Shown here piece after piece: positions 25,101-37,500 of a stretch of 64,000 bases of DNA (position 1 is its first letter; each line of letters opens with the position of its first letter). The position numbers and the translations under genes are program-made. The DNA is from Haliotis rufescens (taxonomy: Eukaryota): positions 930,001 to 994,000 of the forward strand of contig NW_025964390.1 in assembly GCF_023055435.1 (NCBI RefSeq). The letters are read 5' to 3'. The notes beneath the pieces are model-generated. The model did not search any database, had not been told where the DNA came from, and saw nothing but the letters and a program-made list of their open reading frames with translations.

Positions 25101-28100
25101 TCCATAACTTTGATTTGCGTCTCAAAGTAACAACAATCTTCACCTCTCTTTGTACCTTCACCTCTATTTGTACTTTCAACCTTCACCTCTCCTGATACAT
25201 TCAACCTGCACCTCTCCTGATACATTCAACCTGCACCTCTCCTGATACATTCAACCTTCACCTGTCCTGATACATTCAACCTGCACCTCTCTTTGTACAT
25301 TCAACCTTCACCTCTCCTGATACATTCAACCTGCACCTCTCCTGATACTTTCAACCTTCACCTCTCCTGATACATTCAACCTGCACCTCTCCTGATAATT
25401 CAACCTGCACCTCTCCTGATACATTCAACCTTCACCTCTCTTGATACATTCAACCTGCACCTCTCCTGATACTTTCAACCTTCACCTCTCCTGATACATT
25501 CAACCTGCACCTCTCCTGATACATTCAACCTGCACCTCTCCTGATAATTCAACCTGCACCTCTCCTGATACATTCAATCTTCACCTCTCCTGATTATTCA
25601 ACCTGCACCTCTCCTGATACTTTCAACCTTCACCTCTCCTGATACATTCAACCTGCACCTCTCCTGATACATTCAACCTGCACCTCTCCTGATAATTCAA
25701 CCTGCACCTCTCCTGATACATTCAATCTTCACCTCTCCTGATTATTCAACCTGCACCTCTCCTGATACATTCAACCTTCACCTCTCCTGATAATTCAACC
25801 TGCACCTCTCCTGATAATTCAACCTGCACCTCTCCTGATACATTCAACCTGCACCTCTCCTGATACATTCAACCTTCACCTCTCCTGATACATTCAACCT
25901 GCACCTCTCCTGATACATTCAACCTTCACCTCTCTTTGTACTTTCAAACTTCACCTCTCTTTGTACTTTCAAACTTCCCCTCTCTTTGTACTTTCAAACT
26001 TCCCCTTTCCTGATACCTTGAATTTAAAGGTTTTGAAGTTGGTTTTCATATTACATGCACCATCCCTCACACTGTAAGCATTGTACAGTTTGTTGTTGAT
26101 TGACTTTCTGCAGACCACAACAGATGAGCAGAGAATCAACCCTAAGGACTATCAAGTGGAATCATATGACTGGCTCTTCCCAGAAACCACCAAGAACTTC
26201 AACAAACTGCCATTACAATATCGGGTAGGCTTATACACGGAAATAGTTCAAGTCAACAATAATGCATTGATGATAATATTGTTGCTGGGTAACAGGTCTG
26301 TCATCCACAGAGTTGTCTCCCCTGGTAGTAGAAATCAACTGTAACAAATGCCATTTCCTTAACAAATCAGGCTTTCAATATTAATGTCCCTTTCATTCAA
26401 GGAAGTAAGTGGTATGTTGTTAGCTGAATTGTTACGTGGTTCTGTTATGTGTGGCAGGTGTCAAAAGCTTGGGGATTACAAGTTAGAAATGATCTGCAGC
26501 AATATTGGTTTGTCGTGAGATTAGGTTGCGGGTGGTCAGGTTTGGTATTTTGTTGTTTGCCTGTCATCGTACCATGGCAGTGTTGAATGTCACTCATAAT
26601 ATCAATCACTGGTTTGTCTGGTCCAGATGTGATTATTTACAGGCCGAGTTCATATAGTTGGAAAACTAAGTGCAGCAATATCAACCACTGGTTTGTCTGG
26701 TCCAGACTTGATTATTTACAGGTCAGGTTCATTCAGTTAGAAAACTGAGTGCAGCAGTAAAACAACAAGGAAATGTCGCATGAAAAGTGGTAACCTAATT
26801 TCAGTAATAGCTCTCCCTCTATCAGGATATCCTAGTCAATGGCAGTCTAGCCTCACCTCTCTGTGACATCGCGGTTTCTGTTACTGTATCCAGGGCTACT
26901 GTGCATTATCCCTGGCCAAGTACGACCGTCTCCTCATCCCCTCCAACCCCGAGATCGGTGTGCTGAGATTCAGAGATCATCACTACGCTTTCTCCAGCAG
27001 AGAGGCAGCCTATGAGTTCGCTCAGAATCCAGCTGCGTAAGTATTGTTTCATTTTGGATATTTCGTATTGCGTGCATCTGGTTCTGTATATTAGATTATT
27101 AGATTTTGAAAATTTTTTTTAATGACTGAATAGTTCCTAGTGCCCCTGAAACAGATCACCAACATGGTACACTTACAGAATACTGGACACCTATCTGCCA
27201 TGTTTATTTGATGCTAGTAATGTTTTTGTTTGTTTGTTGTTTAACGCCACACTCAGCAATATTCCAGCTATATGACGGCAGTCTGTAAATAATGGAGTCT
27301 GGGTCAAACAATCCAGTGATTGACATCATGAGCATCGATCCACGCAATTTGGATAATTGACATGCATCAACCAAGTCACCTAACCTGACCACTGATCCCA
27401 TTAATTACCTCTTACGACAAGTAAAGTCGTCTTTCACAGCAAGCATGGGTTGCTGAAGACCTATTCTACCCCCGATCTTCACGGGTCGCTTGTTATGTAG
27501 CAGCGCACGACAAAGTGACTGTTTCGAAAATAGGGCGTAAATCTCAAAGTAAGATGACAAAATGTCTCAGCTTGCCTTTGTACAATTAAACCTCCAATAT
27601 GTGTAAAAGCATGATCGAAATCAGAACAATGAAGTAAACGATACCCTGTTGTCAGATTGGTCTTACTCTACATATCTACACACAAAGTTATACATATAGT
27701 ACTTGTTATAATAGTTTATCTTAACTGAGACATCAAACTTTAAGTGTCGGGCAAGTTGGGCATTGAATTTTCTAGACCATGATGTCAAAATTTAATTTCA
27801 AAACAAATCATAATCATCGAAAATTGGACATTAACAGAAATATTTCAATAAAATAGAAGTTCCATAATGGCATGCAGCAACCTCAGCAGTGACATCCATC
27901 AGGGCCACACTTCAACATGCATGTAGAATATTTCATCAACTTTGGAAACTAAAAATGACATTTATTTATTACAACAGCATCCTTAGCAAACTTAGAAACC
28001 GTTACTATGGAAGGAGCTAGTGCACATTTTTTACCAGTATGGTAGAAGGCATCCGGTGGTCTAGCCTCGTGACACATTGAAACAGGAAGACACATAAGTG

Positions 28101-31100
28101 GGTTTGATGCAACAGTGAACATTATTTCAGGGTTTTTTTCCTGACCTAACCCAGATCACTCCTGTACACAGTCATACAGTTGGCTTGCTAGTTTCTCAAT
28201 TCATAACTAACATCCCACACTGTGAAACCTGCTGAGGTCCCTGTGTTGACATTGTAGGTACATCCAGCTGGTTGCTGAAGGAGCCAAGAGAAGCCCAGAG
28301 CTGATACAACTCCTGGAACTCCATACACAGTTCTCCACTATCTCACCATACTCACAGGTAGGGCATGAGCAGTGAGAAGTTTAGTACTTTCTGTTGGATT
28401 ATGATTATTCCTCATGTTGTACTAGTGTGTTGATTCCATATCCACCTGATCTACTTGTGTGTTGTTTCCTCATCTGCTGGTTGTACTAGTGTGTTGTTTC
28501 CCCATCTACCTGTTGTACTAGTCTGTTGTTTCCCCATCCTCCTGTTGTACTAGTCTGTTGTTTCCCCATCCTCCTGTTGTACTAGTCTGTTGTTTCCCCA
28601 TCCTCCTGTTGTACTAGTGTGTTGTTTCCCCATCCTCCTGTTGTACTAGGCTGTTGTTTCCCCATCCTCCTGTTGTACTAGTGTGTTGTTTCCCCATCTA
28701 CCTGTTGTACTAGTCTGTTGTTTCCCCATCCTCCTGTTGTACTAGTCTGTTGTTTCCCCATCCTCCTGTTGTACTAGTCTGTTGTTTCCCCATCCTCCTG
28801 TTGTACTAGTCTGTTGTTTCCCCATCCTCCTGTTGTACTAGTGTGTTGTTTCCCCATCCTCCTGTTGTACTAGGCTGTTGTTTCCCCATCCTCCTGTTGT
28901 ACTAGTGTGTTGTTTCCCCATCCTCCTGTTGTACTAGGCTGTTGTTTCCCCATCCTCCTGTTGTACTAGTGTGTTGTTTCCCCATCCTCCTGTTGTACTA
29001 GTGTGTTGTTTCCCCATCCTCCTGTTGTACTAGTGTGTTGTTTCCCCATCTACCTGTTGTACTAGTCTGTTGTTTCCCCATCCTCCTGTTGTACTAGTGT
29101 GTTGTTTCCCCATCCTCCTGTTGTACTAGGCTGTTGTTTCCCCATCCTCCTGTTGTACTAGTCTGTTGTTTCCTCATCCTCCTGTTGTACTAGGCTGTTG
29201 TTTCCCCATCCTCCTGTTGTACTAGTCTGTTGTTTCCCCATCCTCCTGATGTACTGGGCTGTTGTTTCCCCATCCTCCTGTTGTACTAGGCTGTTGTTTC
29301 CCCATCCTCCTGTTGTACTAGTCTGTTGTTTCCCCATCCTCTTGTTGTTGTCTGTTTCCCCATCCTCCTGTTGTACTAGTGTGTTGTTTCCCCATCCTTC
29401 TGTTGTACTAGTGTGTTGTTTCCTCATCCTCCTGTTGTACTAGTCTGTTGTTTCCCCATCCTCCTGTTGTACTAGTCTGTTGTTTCCTCATCCTCCTGTT
29501 GTACTAGTGTGTTGTTTCCCCATCCTCCTGTTGTACTAGTCTGTTGTTTCCTCATCCTCCTGTTGTACTAGTCTGTTGCTTCCTCATCCTCCTGTTGTAC
29601 TAGTCTGTTGTTTCCTCATCTGCTGGTTGTACTAGTGTGTTGTTTCCCCATCCTCCTGTTGTACTAGTCTGTTGCTTCCTCATCCTCCTGTTGTACTAGT
29701 CTGTTGCTTCCTCATCTGCTGGTTGTACTAGTGTGTTGTTTCCCCATCCTCCTGTTGTACTAGTCTGTTGTTTCCTCATCCTCCTGTTGTACTAGTCTGT
29801 TGTTTCCTCATCCTCCTGTTGTACTAGTCTGTTGTTTCCCCATCCTCCTGTTGTACTAGTCTGTTGTTTCCCCATCCTCCTGTTGTACTAGTCTGTTGTT
29901 TCCCATACCTCCATTTGTTCTCTGTTTCCCTCCCCACCTGTTCACATACTGATGCTTGGTGCCCAGGGCCGAGACACGGGGAAGATGATTGAGAAGCCTG
30001 TCACAAAAAACGACAGCGCGACTCAGACAGACACTCACTTCATGGAGTCCAACATCGTCAAGTCGTACGAGTGGAATGAGTGGGAGCTGAGGAGGAAGGC
30101 TATCAAACTGGTGAGAATGAGAGTCATCAACAGTCCTCATACTGTTGTTAGTACATATAACATGCTGAAATACTACCCGGTAGTCACATGTGCAAATGAT
30201 GTGTAGGAGGAAATGATCTTTTTTTCATGTACCAGGAGATTAAACACATTAAGATGGGGCTTTATTCTGTACAAATACCACAAATATAACAGTGTTAACT
30301 TGTACGAAAAGAGTCCAGGAGCTAGTGCCACATTGCTATCTTAGTCCTTTGCTGTCTTTGTGAAATAATGGGCAGTCGGGTAGCCTAGTGGTTAAAGCGT
30401 TCGCTCGTCACACCGAAGACCCAGGTTCGATTCCCGACATGGGTACAATGAGTGAAGCCCATTTCTGGTGTCCCCCGCCGTGATATTGCTGGAATATAGC
30501 TTAAAGCGAGGTAAAACCATACTAACTCACTCACTTTATGAAATATTTGCAGTGGCCAGATACAACATACAAACATTTGATCCATTATTACTGGTATTTA
30601 AACAGTTAAAGTGGTTAAGAGTAAGTTTAATTTTGATTGATAATTGTATTTTTATCTTTAATTTCTCCTTGTCCATCAAAAAGGGATGGTCGTGCAAATA
30701 AGAACAAATTTAAACTAATCTTAATTTTATTTTCCTGACTTACTTTTGGTCTGTCAAATCTGTAGCTAATGGTAAGTGACCATGACCTTTTGTCTCTACT
30801 TCTTGTGATGTAGATGGAATACTATTAAAAGAGCGGTGAAGATCCGGGGTCTTCAGCAACCCATGCCTGCCGTAAAAGGCGACTATGCTTGTCTTAAGAG
30901 GCGACTAACGGGATCAGGTGGTCAGGCCCGCTGACTTGGTTGAGTCATGTCATCGTGTCTCAATTGCGTGGATCGATGCTCATGATGTCAGTCATTGGAT
31001 TTTCTGGTGCAGACTCGATTAATTACAGACCGCCGTCATATAGCTGGAATATTGCTGAGAGCGGCGTTAAATAACAAACAAACAAACAAACAAACAATAA

Positions 31101-32023
31101 AAGCAGCATAACACAAGCTCATAGTCTGACAATGAACTCCAAGCTGACCTTGTGTTACAGTCCAACCTGCGGACCAAGGTCACCCACAGTGTGCAGACGA
31201 ACCTGAGCAACCTGAGGAGGGACAACGTCACGCAAGTCTACCTGCCAAAGTAAGTCCAAAAACATCACGCCAATGGCCCAGTTTCAACTCCCAACATGGG
31301 TGAAGCCTAATTCTTGTGGCCTGCTGTTAAAAGGCTGGAATATTGCTCACAAGCTTTGCTAGCCCTGGTGACGATAAAATGCCTGTGTAATGTTAAAACA
31401 ATGGGGAAAGTTTGAGAGTTTTACTGGCCCGCAGGGATTTGTACTAGCCCTGGGCTAGCGGGCTAGTATTACGTTTTAACCCTGTATTGCTACAAGCGGC
31501 ATAAACCCACTCACTCACTTCTAATCTAGACCAAAATGAATTTTAACGGATGTTAGTCATCATTTATCCAAGTGCTTGTTTGTCTCAACAGACATTGTTC
31601 CTTTCATATTTCAACTATTTGGTCTATTGGTGTGCAAATTCGACAATTAATTCTGAACACATCTCAATGTTTTCATTGGTAGGCCTGAATGACCAGGGCA
31701 CACACCATTGGTCATATCCAACTAGTCTGCAGCTCATTTTGGACTAGCTGTAACATAAAATAACTAGTCCGTCTAGATTGTTACTAGTCTCAGACTAACA
31801 GACAAGTGGCCATGTCTATCCCTGATGACATTGTTGAACATTTACAGGCTGTGACTTGTCATGTTTGTCTTCTTTCAGAGACCAGAACACCCAGACAAAG
31901 GGAGATAACTATAGCAATGTCCCGAAACCACAAGTGTTCTTGGAAGGTCTTCGCGGGGGTGGCATGACCAAGCCTACCAGCATGACCAAGGTCGACCTCA
32001 CCATCGATGTGGACCAAACATGA
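13117..32023 (+). CDS. CFAP206: Cilia- and flagella-associated protein 206, complete, 16 coding exons, 626 aa
   Basis: Coding exons 13117-13224, 14598-14681, 15754-15844, 18275-18463, 19487-19645, 20509-20601, 21722-21834, 22934-23053, 24323-24427, 24861-24947, 26114-26224, 26894-27036, 28258-28357, 29967-30110, 31161-31249 and 31879-32023. All are GT-AG and phase-consistent, totalling 1881 nt. Recognised motifs: MSRAQAESVIKNIIREIAQEC..SETLVAFMVKAVVLDP..SLDTVKMQVYFDMNY, ALQSVFPQTELG, IVTGIRLFNK, TQTDTHF..SYEWNEWELRRKAIKL. AATAAA at 32280-32285. Confidence 0.96.
18090..18259 (+). mobile_element. SINE family C (~170 bp, tRNA-Asp-like head, (ACTC)n tail); other copies 2779-2945(-), 17430-17578, 20618-20800(-), 30369-30533, 31280-31519 (interrupted), 37968-38115(-), 40637-40770(-), 59400-59542, 63924-64000(-)
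   Basis: Head gtagcctagtggttaaagcgttcgcttgtcacgccgaagacccgggttcgattccc; TSD cacttactcca (18079/18260). Confidence 0.9.
19887..20427. mobile_element. MITE with TIR catcttcccgaggcaagagagttaactgact (second, partial copy from 63747)
   Basis: Inverted ends at 19887-19935 and 20370-20427; the same 5' end recurs at 63747-63810. Confidence 0.75.
21274..21617 (+). mobile_element. SINE family B (tRNA head, Meta/MESC-like central domain, (CACCT)n tail); other copies 1187-1510(-), 13476-13805, 15888-16200, 19118-19435, 50833-51187(-), 60482-60710 and a 3' fragment at 44536-44592
   Basis: A/B boxes (tggtctagtggtag / ggttccatccc), central gccataccaaaagacgtttaaagatggtacttgttgttaccctgtctggcgctcagcattaagggg, and a 16-bp TSD cctcactttattaagg (21258/21618). 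Domain name is from recall. Confidence 0.88.
21863..22242. mobile_element. Fold-back MITE with ~90-100 bp TIRs and 9-bp TSD (Mutator-like); other copies 14006-14492, 39532-40087 and partial 33230-33465
   Basis: TIR caatctcattaaaatcagat..tagttctcgcta..aaagatctgaggacatc. TSD tatctcacc at 21854-21862 and 22243-22251; the 39.5 kb copy has tagtaaagg/tagttaaga. Confidence 0.8.
24607..24881. repeat. 88-bp tandem repeat (3 copies) spanning a CFAP206 splice acceptor
   Basis: actgttcagt recurs at 24607, 24695, 24783 and 24872. Each unit ends with the acceptor region plus the first 21 exon nt (GGTCACAAGGAACTGTTCAGT). Confidence 0.93.
25135..26015. repeat. 25-bp pyrimidine-rich intronic minisatellite (~33 copies)
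   Basis: Unit ttcaacc(t/g)..cacctctcctgataca, with decayed edges. Confidence 0.95.
28416..29912. repeat. 32-bp intronic minisatellite (~46 copies)
   Basis: Unit gttgtactagtctgttgtttccccatcctcct. It fills ~1.5 kb of the 1609-nt intron 28358-29966. Confidence 0.97.
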
Positions 32024-33773
32024 AACATATTCATCTCTCAATAATATTGTGTAAATAATAATGTAATTTTGTGTGATATATCCTGATTTTTGTCAAGGAA
32101 GTAAATCAGTAAATGATAATAATTATCAAATACAAAACTTTTCATTCGTCACTGTAAATGCAAACTCTAAAGGTTCAGTTCAAATCACCAAGAAACAAAT
32201 TTCAGACCTTTGAAAAAACTAAGCTGAGCCACATGACACTCAGAGAATTTTGAAGATGTGTACAGAGACATATGCCATGAATAAAATATTTATTTTGATG
32301 ATGTTGATATTATTTTGATTTCTCCACAAGTGGAATGAATAATAATAATGGGTTTGTTTAAGCAAGTTTTGAAAAGACAATTGAAGGACTAAACCGTTTG
32401 GGTTCATTTGACATCTCCAGGAATTGTTTCAAAATCTTGGACCTGCAACTGGTTGGTTGGTTGGTTTGTTGTTTAATGCCGCACTCAGCAATATTTCAGC
32501 TATATGACGGCGGTCTGTAAATAATCGAGTCTGCACCAGAAAATCCAGACACCATGAGCATCGATCCACGCAATTGGGATCGATGACATGTATCAACCAA
32601 GTCAGTGAGCCTGACCACCCGATCCCGTAAGTCGCCTTTTACGACAAGCATAGTCACCTTTTACGGCAAGCATGGGTTGCTGAAGACCTATACTACCCCG
32701 GATCTTCACGTGTCGGAACTGCAACTGAGAGTAATGAGGCACTTTTTTTGGTTCTTGGTTTTCCGACAGTAACTGTTTGTAAACATTCAGAAGCTTCTTC
32801 ATGCAAAGCAGAGAGATGTCACCCTGCAGGACATGTCAAACAGTGCTTTGAAGAACATCCTTTGCACGACGGGCAGCCAGTGAAGCTGTCTTAGTGATGG
32901 TGTCATGTGCTTTAGACATCATCTTGGTGATAACATGTGTCTGTTCTCTCTGAATATGACCGCAGAAACTTGAGGGGAACAAACATAACATCACAATAAA
33001 TATCCGGAGACTCCTGGCATACAACAGACCTTATTACACCCCACATAAAACAACAACAAAAAATGAAAGTAAAATATCGGCGAATGTACAGTTTTGTACC
33101 CTTCTGGACACGATCCACGTAAGATATTTTCATACCTTTTAGAGGTTCATGTAACTGCAATAGCATGATCACATCGTCTCCGCATGTAACAGACAGGTAT
33201 ATGAAGTGATTGCTTGACATTCACCATTCAATGTTCTTTTGTTCAGTTTTAATTGAGAATTTGTCAAAAGCTTTGAAGTATAGTTGCCAGTTTGAAACTA
33301 GTGCCATGAAGCATGAAAAATCTGCCTTCTGATTGGTTAATGGCGAGTTCTTGTCAGATTTCCATTGGTTGGTCAAAGTTCGCGAAAAGTCGGTCTGACA
33401 TGACCCGTAATGGGATGTCCTCAGATCTTTGTTGAGCGGTAGCAGGTAAGATCAGGATCTGATTCATTAACATTAGAGCCGGGAGTGAAACCTCGCCTAG
33501 ATCCTGTTGGTCCAGAAACACTTATCAGGACGATTTTGTTCGGAAGATCTACAGTTATACAAAAGATTTGTGGACGAGGATACTTGTTGATATGAACGAA
33601 TATTGTGTGACAGTACATGTATGATCCAGATTATGACTGTACAGTAAACTACGTTTATAATGAAAATGCTAATAACGAACTGACCGATATAACGAACTTA
33701 TGTTTTAGTCCCGGGCATTTGTTGAAAAATGCTGTATATATGCTTATAATGAACTACGGTTATTATGAACTAA

Positions 33774-34584
33774 AACAAGTATTTGTCACAGAGTGATGAA
33801 ATATCCCCCGCCATATACACCATAGTACCAAATATGAAGACAATCCAGCGATTAGTTCTTGAGATATTGTGGCAACACCGTTTTCCAACTCCAAAAACAG
33901 ATTTGCCTGCTGTGACCTTGAAAATGGGGTCAAGGTCACCAAATCTGACAGGTGTATGCGGTGTCTGTATATACACCATAGTTCCAAATATGAAGACAAT
34001 CCAGTGTTTAGTTCTTGAGATATCGCGGCAACACCGTTTTCAAACTCCAAAAGCAGATTTGCCTGCTGTGACCTTGAAAATGGGGTCAAGGTCACCAAAA
34101 CCGACTGGTGTCTGTGGTGTCTGTATATACACCATAGTTCCAAATATGAAGACAATCCAGTGTTTAGTTCTTGAGATATCGCGGCAACACCGTTTTCCAA
34201 CTCCAAAAGCAGATTTGCCTGCTGTGACCTTGAAAATGGGGTCAAGGTCACCAAAACCGACTGGTGTCTGCGGTGTCTGTATATACACCATAGTTCCAAA
34301 TATGAAGACAATCCAGTGTTTAGTTCTTGAGATATCGCGGCAACACCGTTTTCCAACTCTAAAAGCAGATTTGTCTGCTGTGACCTTGAAAATGGGATCA
34401 AGGTCACCAAAACCGACTGGTGTCTGCGGAGTCTGTATATACACCATAGTTCCAAATATGAAGACAATCCAGTGTTTAGTTCTTGAGATATCGCGGCAAC
34501 AAACAGGTGGGACGTACGGACGGACGTACGGACGGTCGTGAATACTATATCCCCCGCTTCGCGCTTTCGCGCGGCGGGGGATAA
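33774..34584 (+). mobile_element. Helentron/HINE-like non-autonomous element with ~4.4 internal 156-bp repeats, nested in a TA-flanked MITE
   Basis: Starts aacaag; sub-terminal TATCCCCCG at ~33802; 156-bp units containing the tgaccttga..tcaaggtca palindrome; a (GACG/TACG) microsatellite; and the terminal hairpin tatcccccgc..gcgggggata (34548-34583). No obvious TSD. The host MITE 33642-34624 has an uninterrupted relative at 53829-54001. Confidence 0.7.
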
Positions 34585-37500
34585 TTAGTGGTCCCTTGTA
34601 GTTTGTAATAACCGTAGTTTACTGTATTTGTGTAAGCAAATTTAAAAAAACAACAGTGGCCATTCATTGATCCCCTTTTATCCCCCACAAGCAACATGTT
34701 AAGTATACATGACAGTCATTGTAAGTCACAATCATCAACACACAGAATATCATATACTCTGCTCAAATGAAAATAAATAAAGAACTGAACAAAGTTCATG
34801 ACAAACAGTATTCTAAAACTGTGAAAAAAACCTCACCTGAGCAGTGGAATTTCCTTTCATAACAAAGTAATATAACAGCAGCTGCAGCAGCCAGATAACA
34901 GCCTGGTTGTAGTCCAAATTTCTTTTTTAAACCCACAGGAATTTAGAAATCCATAAAGAATAAAAAATTTAAAACCATGTCATGTCATATGCTTCTTGTT
35001 GCAAAAGACATTCCAACGTTAACAAAACAGTACCAAAGACCTGAACTCTCAACATTTCGCCTGGTGAAATTAACACAGGTCCAGGAAATGCAGTATAACA
35101 TCGTTATACAATAACAAGGATGAGAATCAATAACCCTGCATGTCAGACTTCCACACAAAATACAGAATCCTATGGAGTAACGCCACCTGGTTCATTGTAA
35201 TGAATCAATGGCTCTGGATTTCTGGTAGAATCTCTCACAGAATAGAATTATTTTTGTTGAACCTTGCATATCGCCACATTGAATAATATTTCGGTTATAT
35301 CACAGTGTCAGCAAATGTGTGGATGTCTACAGTGATGTCCTTCCACTGTGATGAAACCCACAAGACGATGATTTTAAAACACACCTTTAAATAATGAGTC
35401 TCAAAGGTTTAATTAACTAAAAGTAATATTTCTATTACATTTTAACATTTTCATCTGAAATCGAAACTATCCAAATTTAAATTACAAATATCATTAAAAA
35501 AAAGGCAATCCATCACAGAATAATTCCTGTTTTTCACATATTGAATCTTAACCCAGGCCATGTTCCACAAAGCAATCTTAGCGCTAAGATATTCTTAACT
35601 CCCATTCTTTAACATAGGCTTAGGGTCATAGCTGTACGATCATCACCTTGTGGAATGGGGCCCAGGGTAGTTCACTGTAGACATGGTAGACAAAGCAAAC
35701 CACTTAAATTTAATGCTTGAATCTTCACTATTTATAGGGTTTGACTTCCAATGTTCACCATGTTCAGGGGTTAAACAAAATGTTTGGATGTGCATTTAAT
35801 GCAACACATATACAAAATCAGTATTTGCACTGAAAAATGACTAAGCATTTACTTATTGGGGAAAAATGCCTATCAAATAAATACTAATGCAGAAAAAGTA
35901 TCTAGCATGATGCAAATAGTCATCTCTACCAAAATACAAATCTAAAACCCTTGAAAATATATGCATGTTGCCATGGTAACAAGTGCCGCTTACAATTGAT
36001 GGAATAATCCTGCAATAATACGCACATTATCCTGATTATACACACATGCTGTTTAGTCAGGAAGCTCTTATCATGATTATGTCATGAAATGTCATTGGTA
36101 TATCATTATCACATAAATGCATGCCTTGGTTTTGTAAAGTCAATGCTAGACAATGGCACTGCCATAACATTAACAGATAAGTAGTTATCACCAATGCATT
36201 CAGAATAGTTTATACAATCCTCAGGCATAGCCACAAGCACAAAGCCAGTTTAACACATGCAGGCTTAGAGTGTCGATACTGCAGGGCAAGGAGATAACAT
36301 ACACGCTTGGGGCATAGAGCCACGTTCACAAAGCAGGGACTCATCAAGGATACAGAACTAAGTACCCTTGTCCATGTTGTCAGGCAATGTACTGTTATTT
36401 TGTTCAAAAATGGGATTTACAAAAACGTTTCCAGAGGTATTTTAACATTGTATTTTTACACTGCATTCGTTGCAATAATGTAAAACTATGCTTAAATATC
36501 TCTCCCTCATTATTGGTCCTAATATCTGATATACAAGTCACCTCCACGAACTATATGAACAGGAATTGGGAAATTTTGAATTCTACTTTGTGAATTATAC
36601 TGACATTTCTTGCAGACAGGCCGAATATCAGCCTCTGAGGTCTAGATAAATCCCTGAAACAAATTTAGTTAGCCGAGGGCATGCAAAGATTATCCACAAT
36701 CCATAGAAATACTTGCCCATCTGGCTTAAATTAAGGGGGCCTTGGCTGGCAATTTGGCACTTAACATGGATTTCCTACTCATGCAGTCCTTGATGCCCTT
36801 ATGCCAAATAAGTACCATTCTCAAGCATTTTTTGGTATGATTGAGTGAGTGAGTGAGTGAGCTGGGTTTAACGCCACTTTGAACACTATCCCAGTGATAT
36901 CATGGCGTGTCAACTTCATGTGGGAGGAAAGCCTGAAGTACTGCAGGTCTTAGACGTTTACCACATTGATGAAACCCACGAGCACAATTATGGTGCTGAC
37001 AAACCTAGAAACATAATTGGGGTGAACTGGGGTTTGGACCAATGATCATAAGTTTCTGGTAACTCAAGGGATGCAACTCTACACAGAGAATTGCCATGCC
37101 TCAGACAATTGGGTCTTCCATGTCGCCTACATTCACATGAACACATGTTACCTAGATACATGTATTCAATGACATCCCCTTTGTCATGATTATGCTACAG
37201 GACAATAGCACAATGACATTGAACAGGTGGTCATTGTCAAGGCTCAAGTTTGAAATATAGAACAATATTTGTGTCAAATAACTATTTGTGAATAATCCAG
37301 TGGCCTCATAAAAAAGATAAAACTATTATTTTCAACTGTGAAAATGCCACAGGACCATATCTATATGATCTACCGTATTTTGACTTAATAAGCGCCCACG
37401 GCGATATTTGCTGATATATTGGCTTGTGAACAATCCCAATTAGCACCTTTTCCGATTGATCAATGTACACAATACTTATTTATTCGCGTATAACACGCAC

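Noticed and set aside
32836-33024. 62-aa ORF with a signal-peptide-like start (MYARSLRIFIVMLCLF..)
   Set aside because: Non-ATG start in the sequence, no recognisable homology, and the hydrophobic part coincides with a pyrimidine-rich acceptor-like tract.
33763-34541. Long ORFs of 252, 234 and 135 aa on both strands
   Set aside because: They are translations of a 156-bp (multiple of 3) repeat inside a non-autonomous element, with no domain or splice support.
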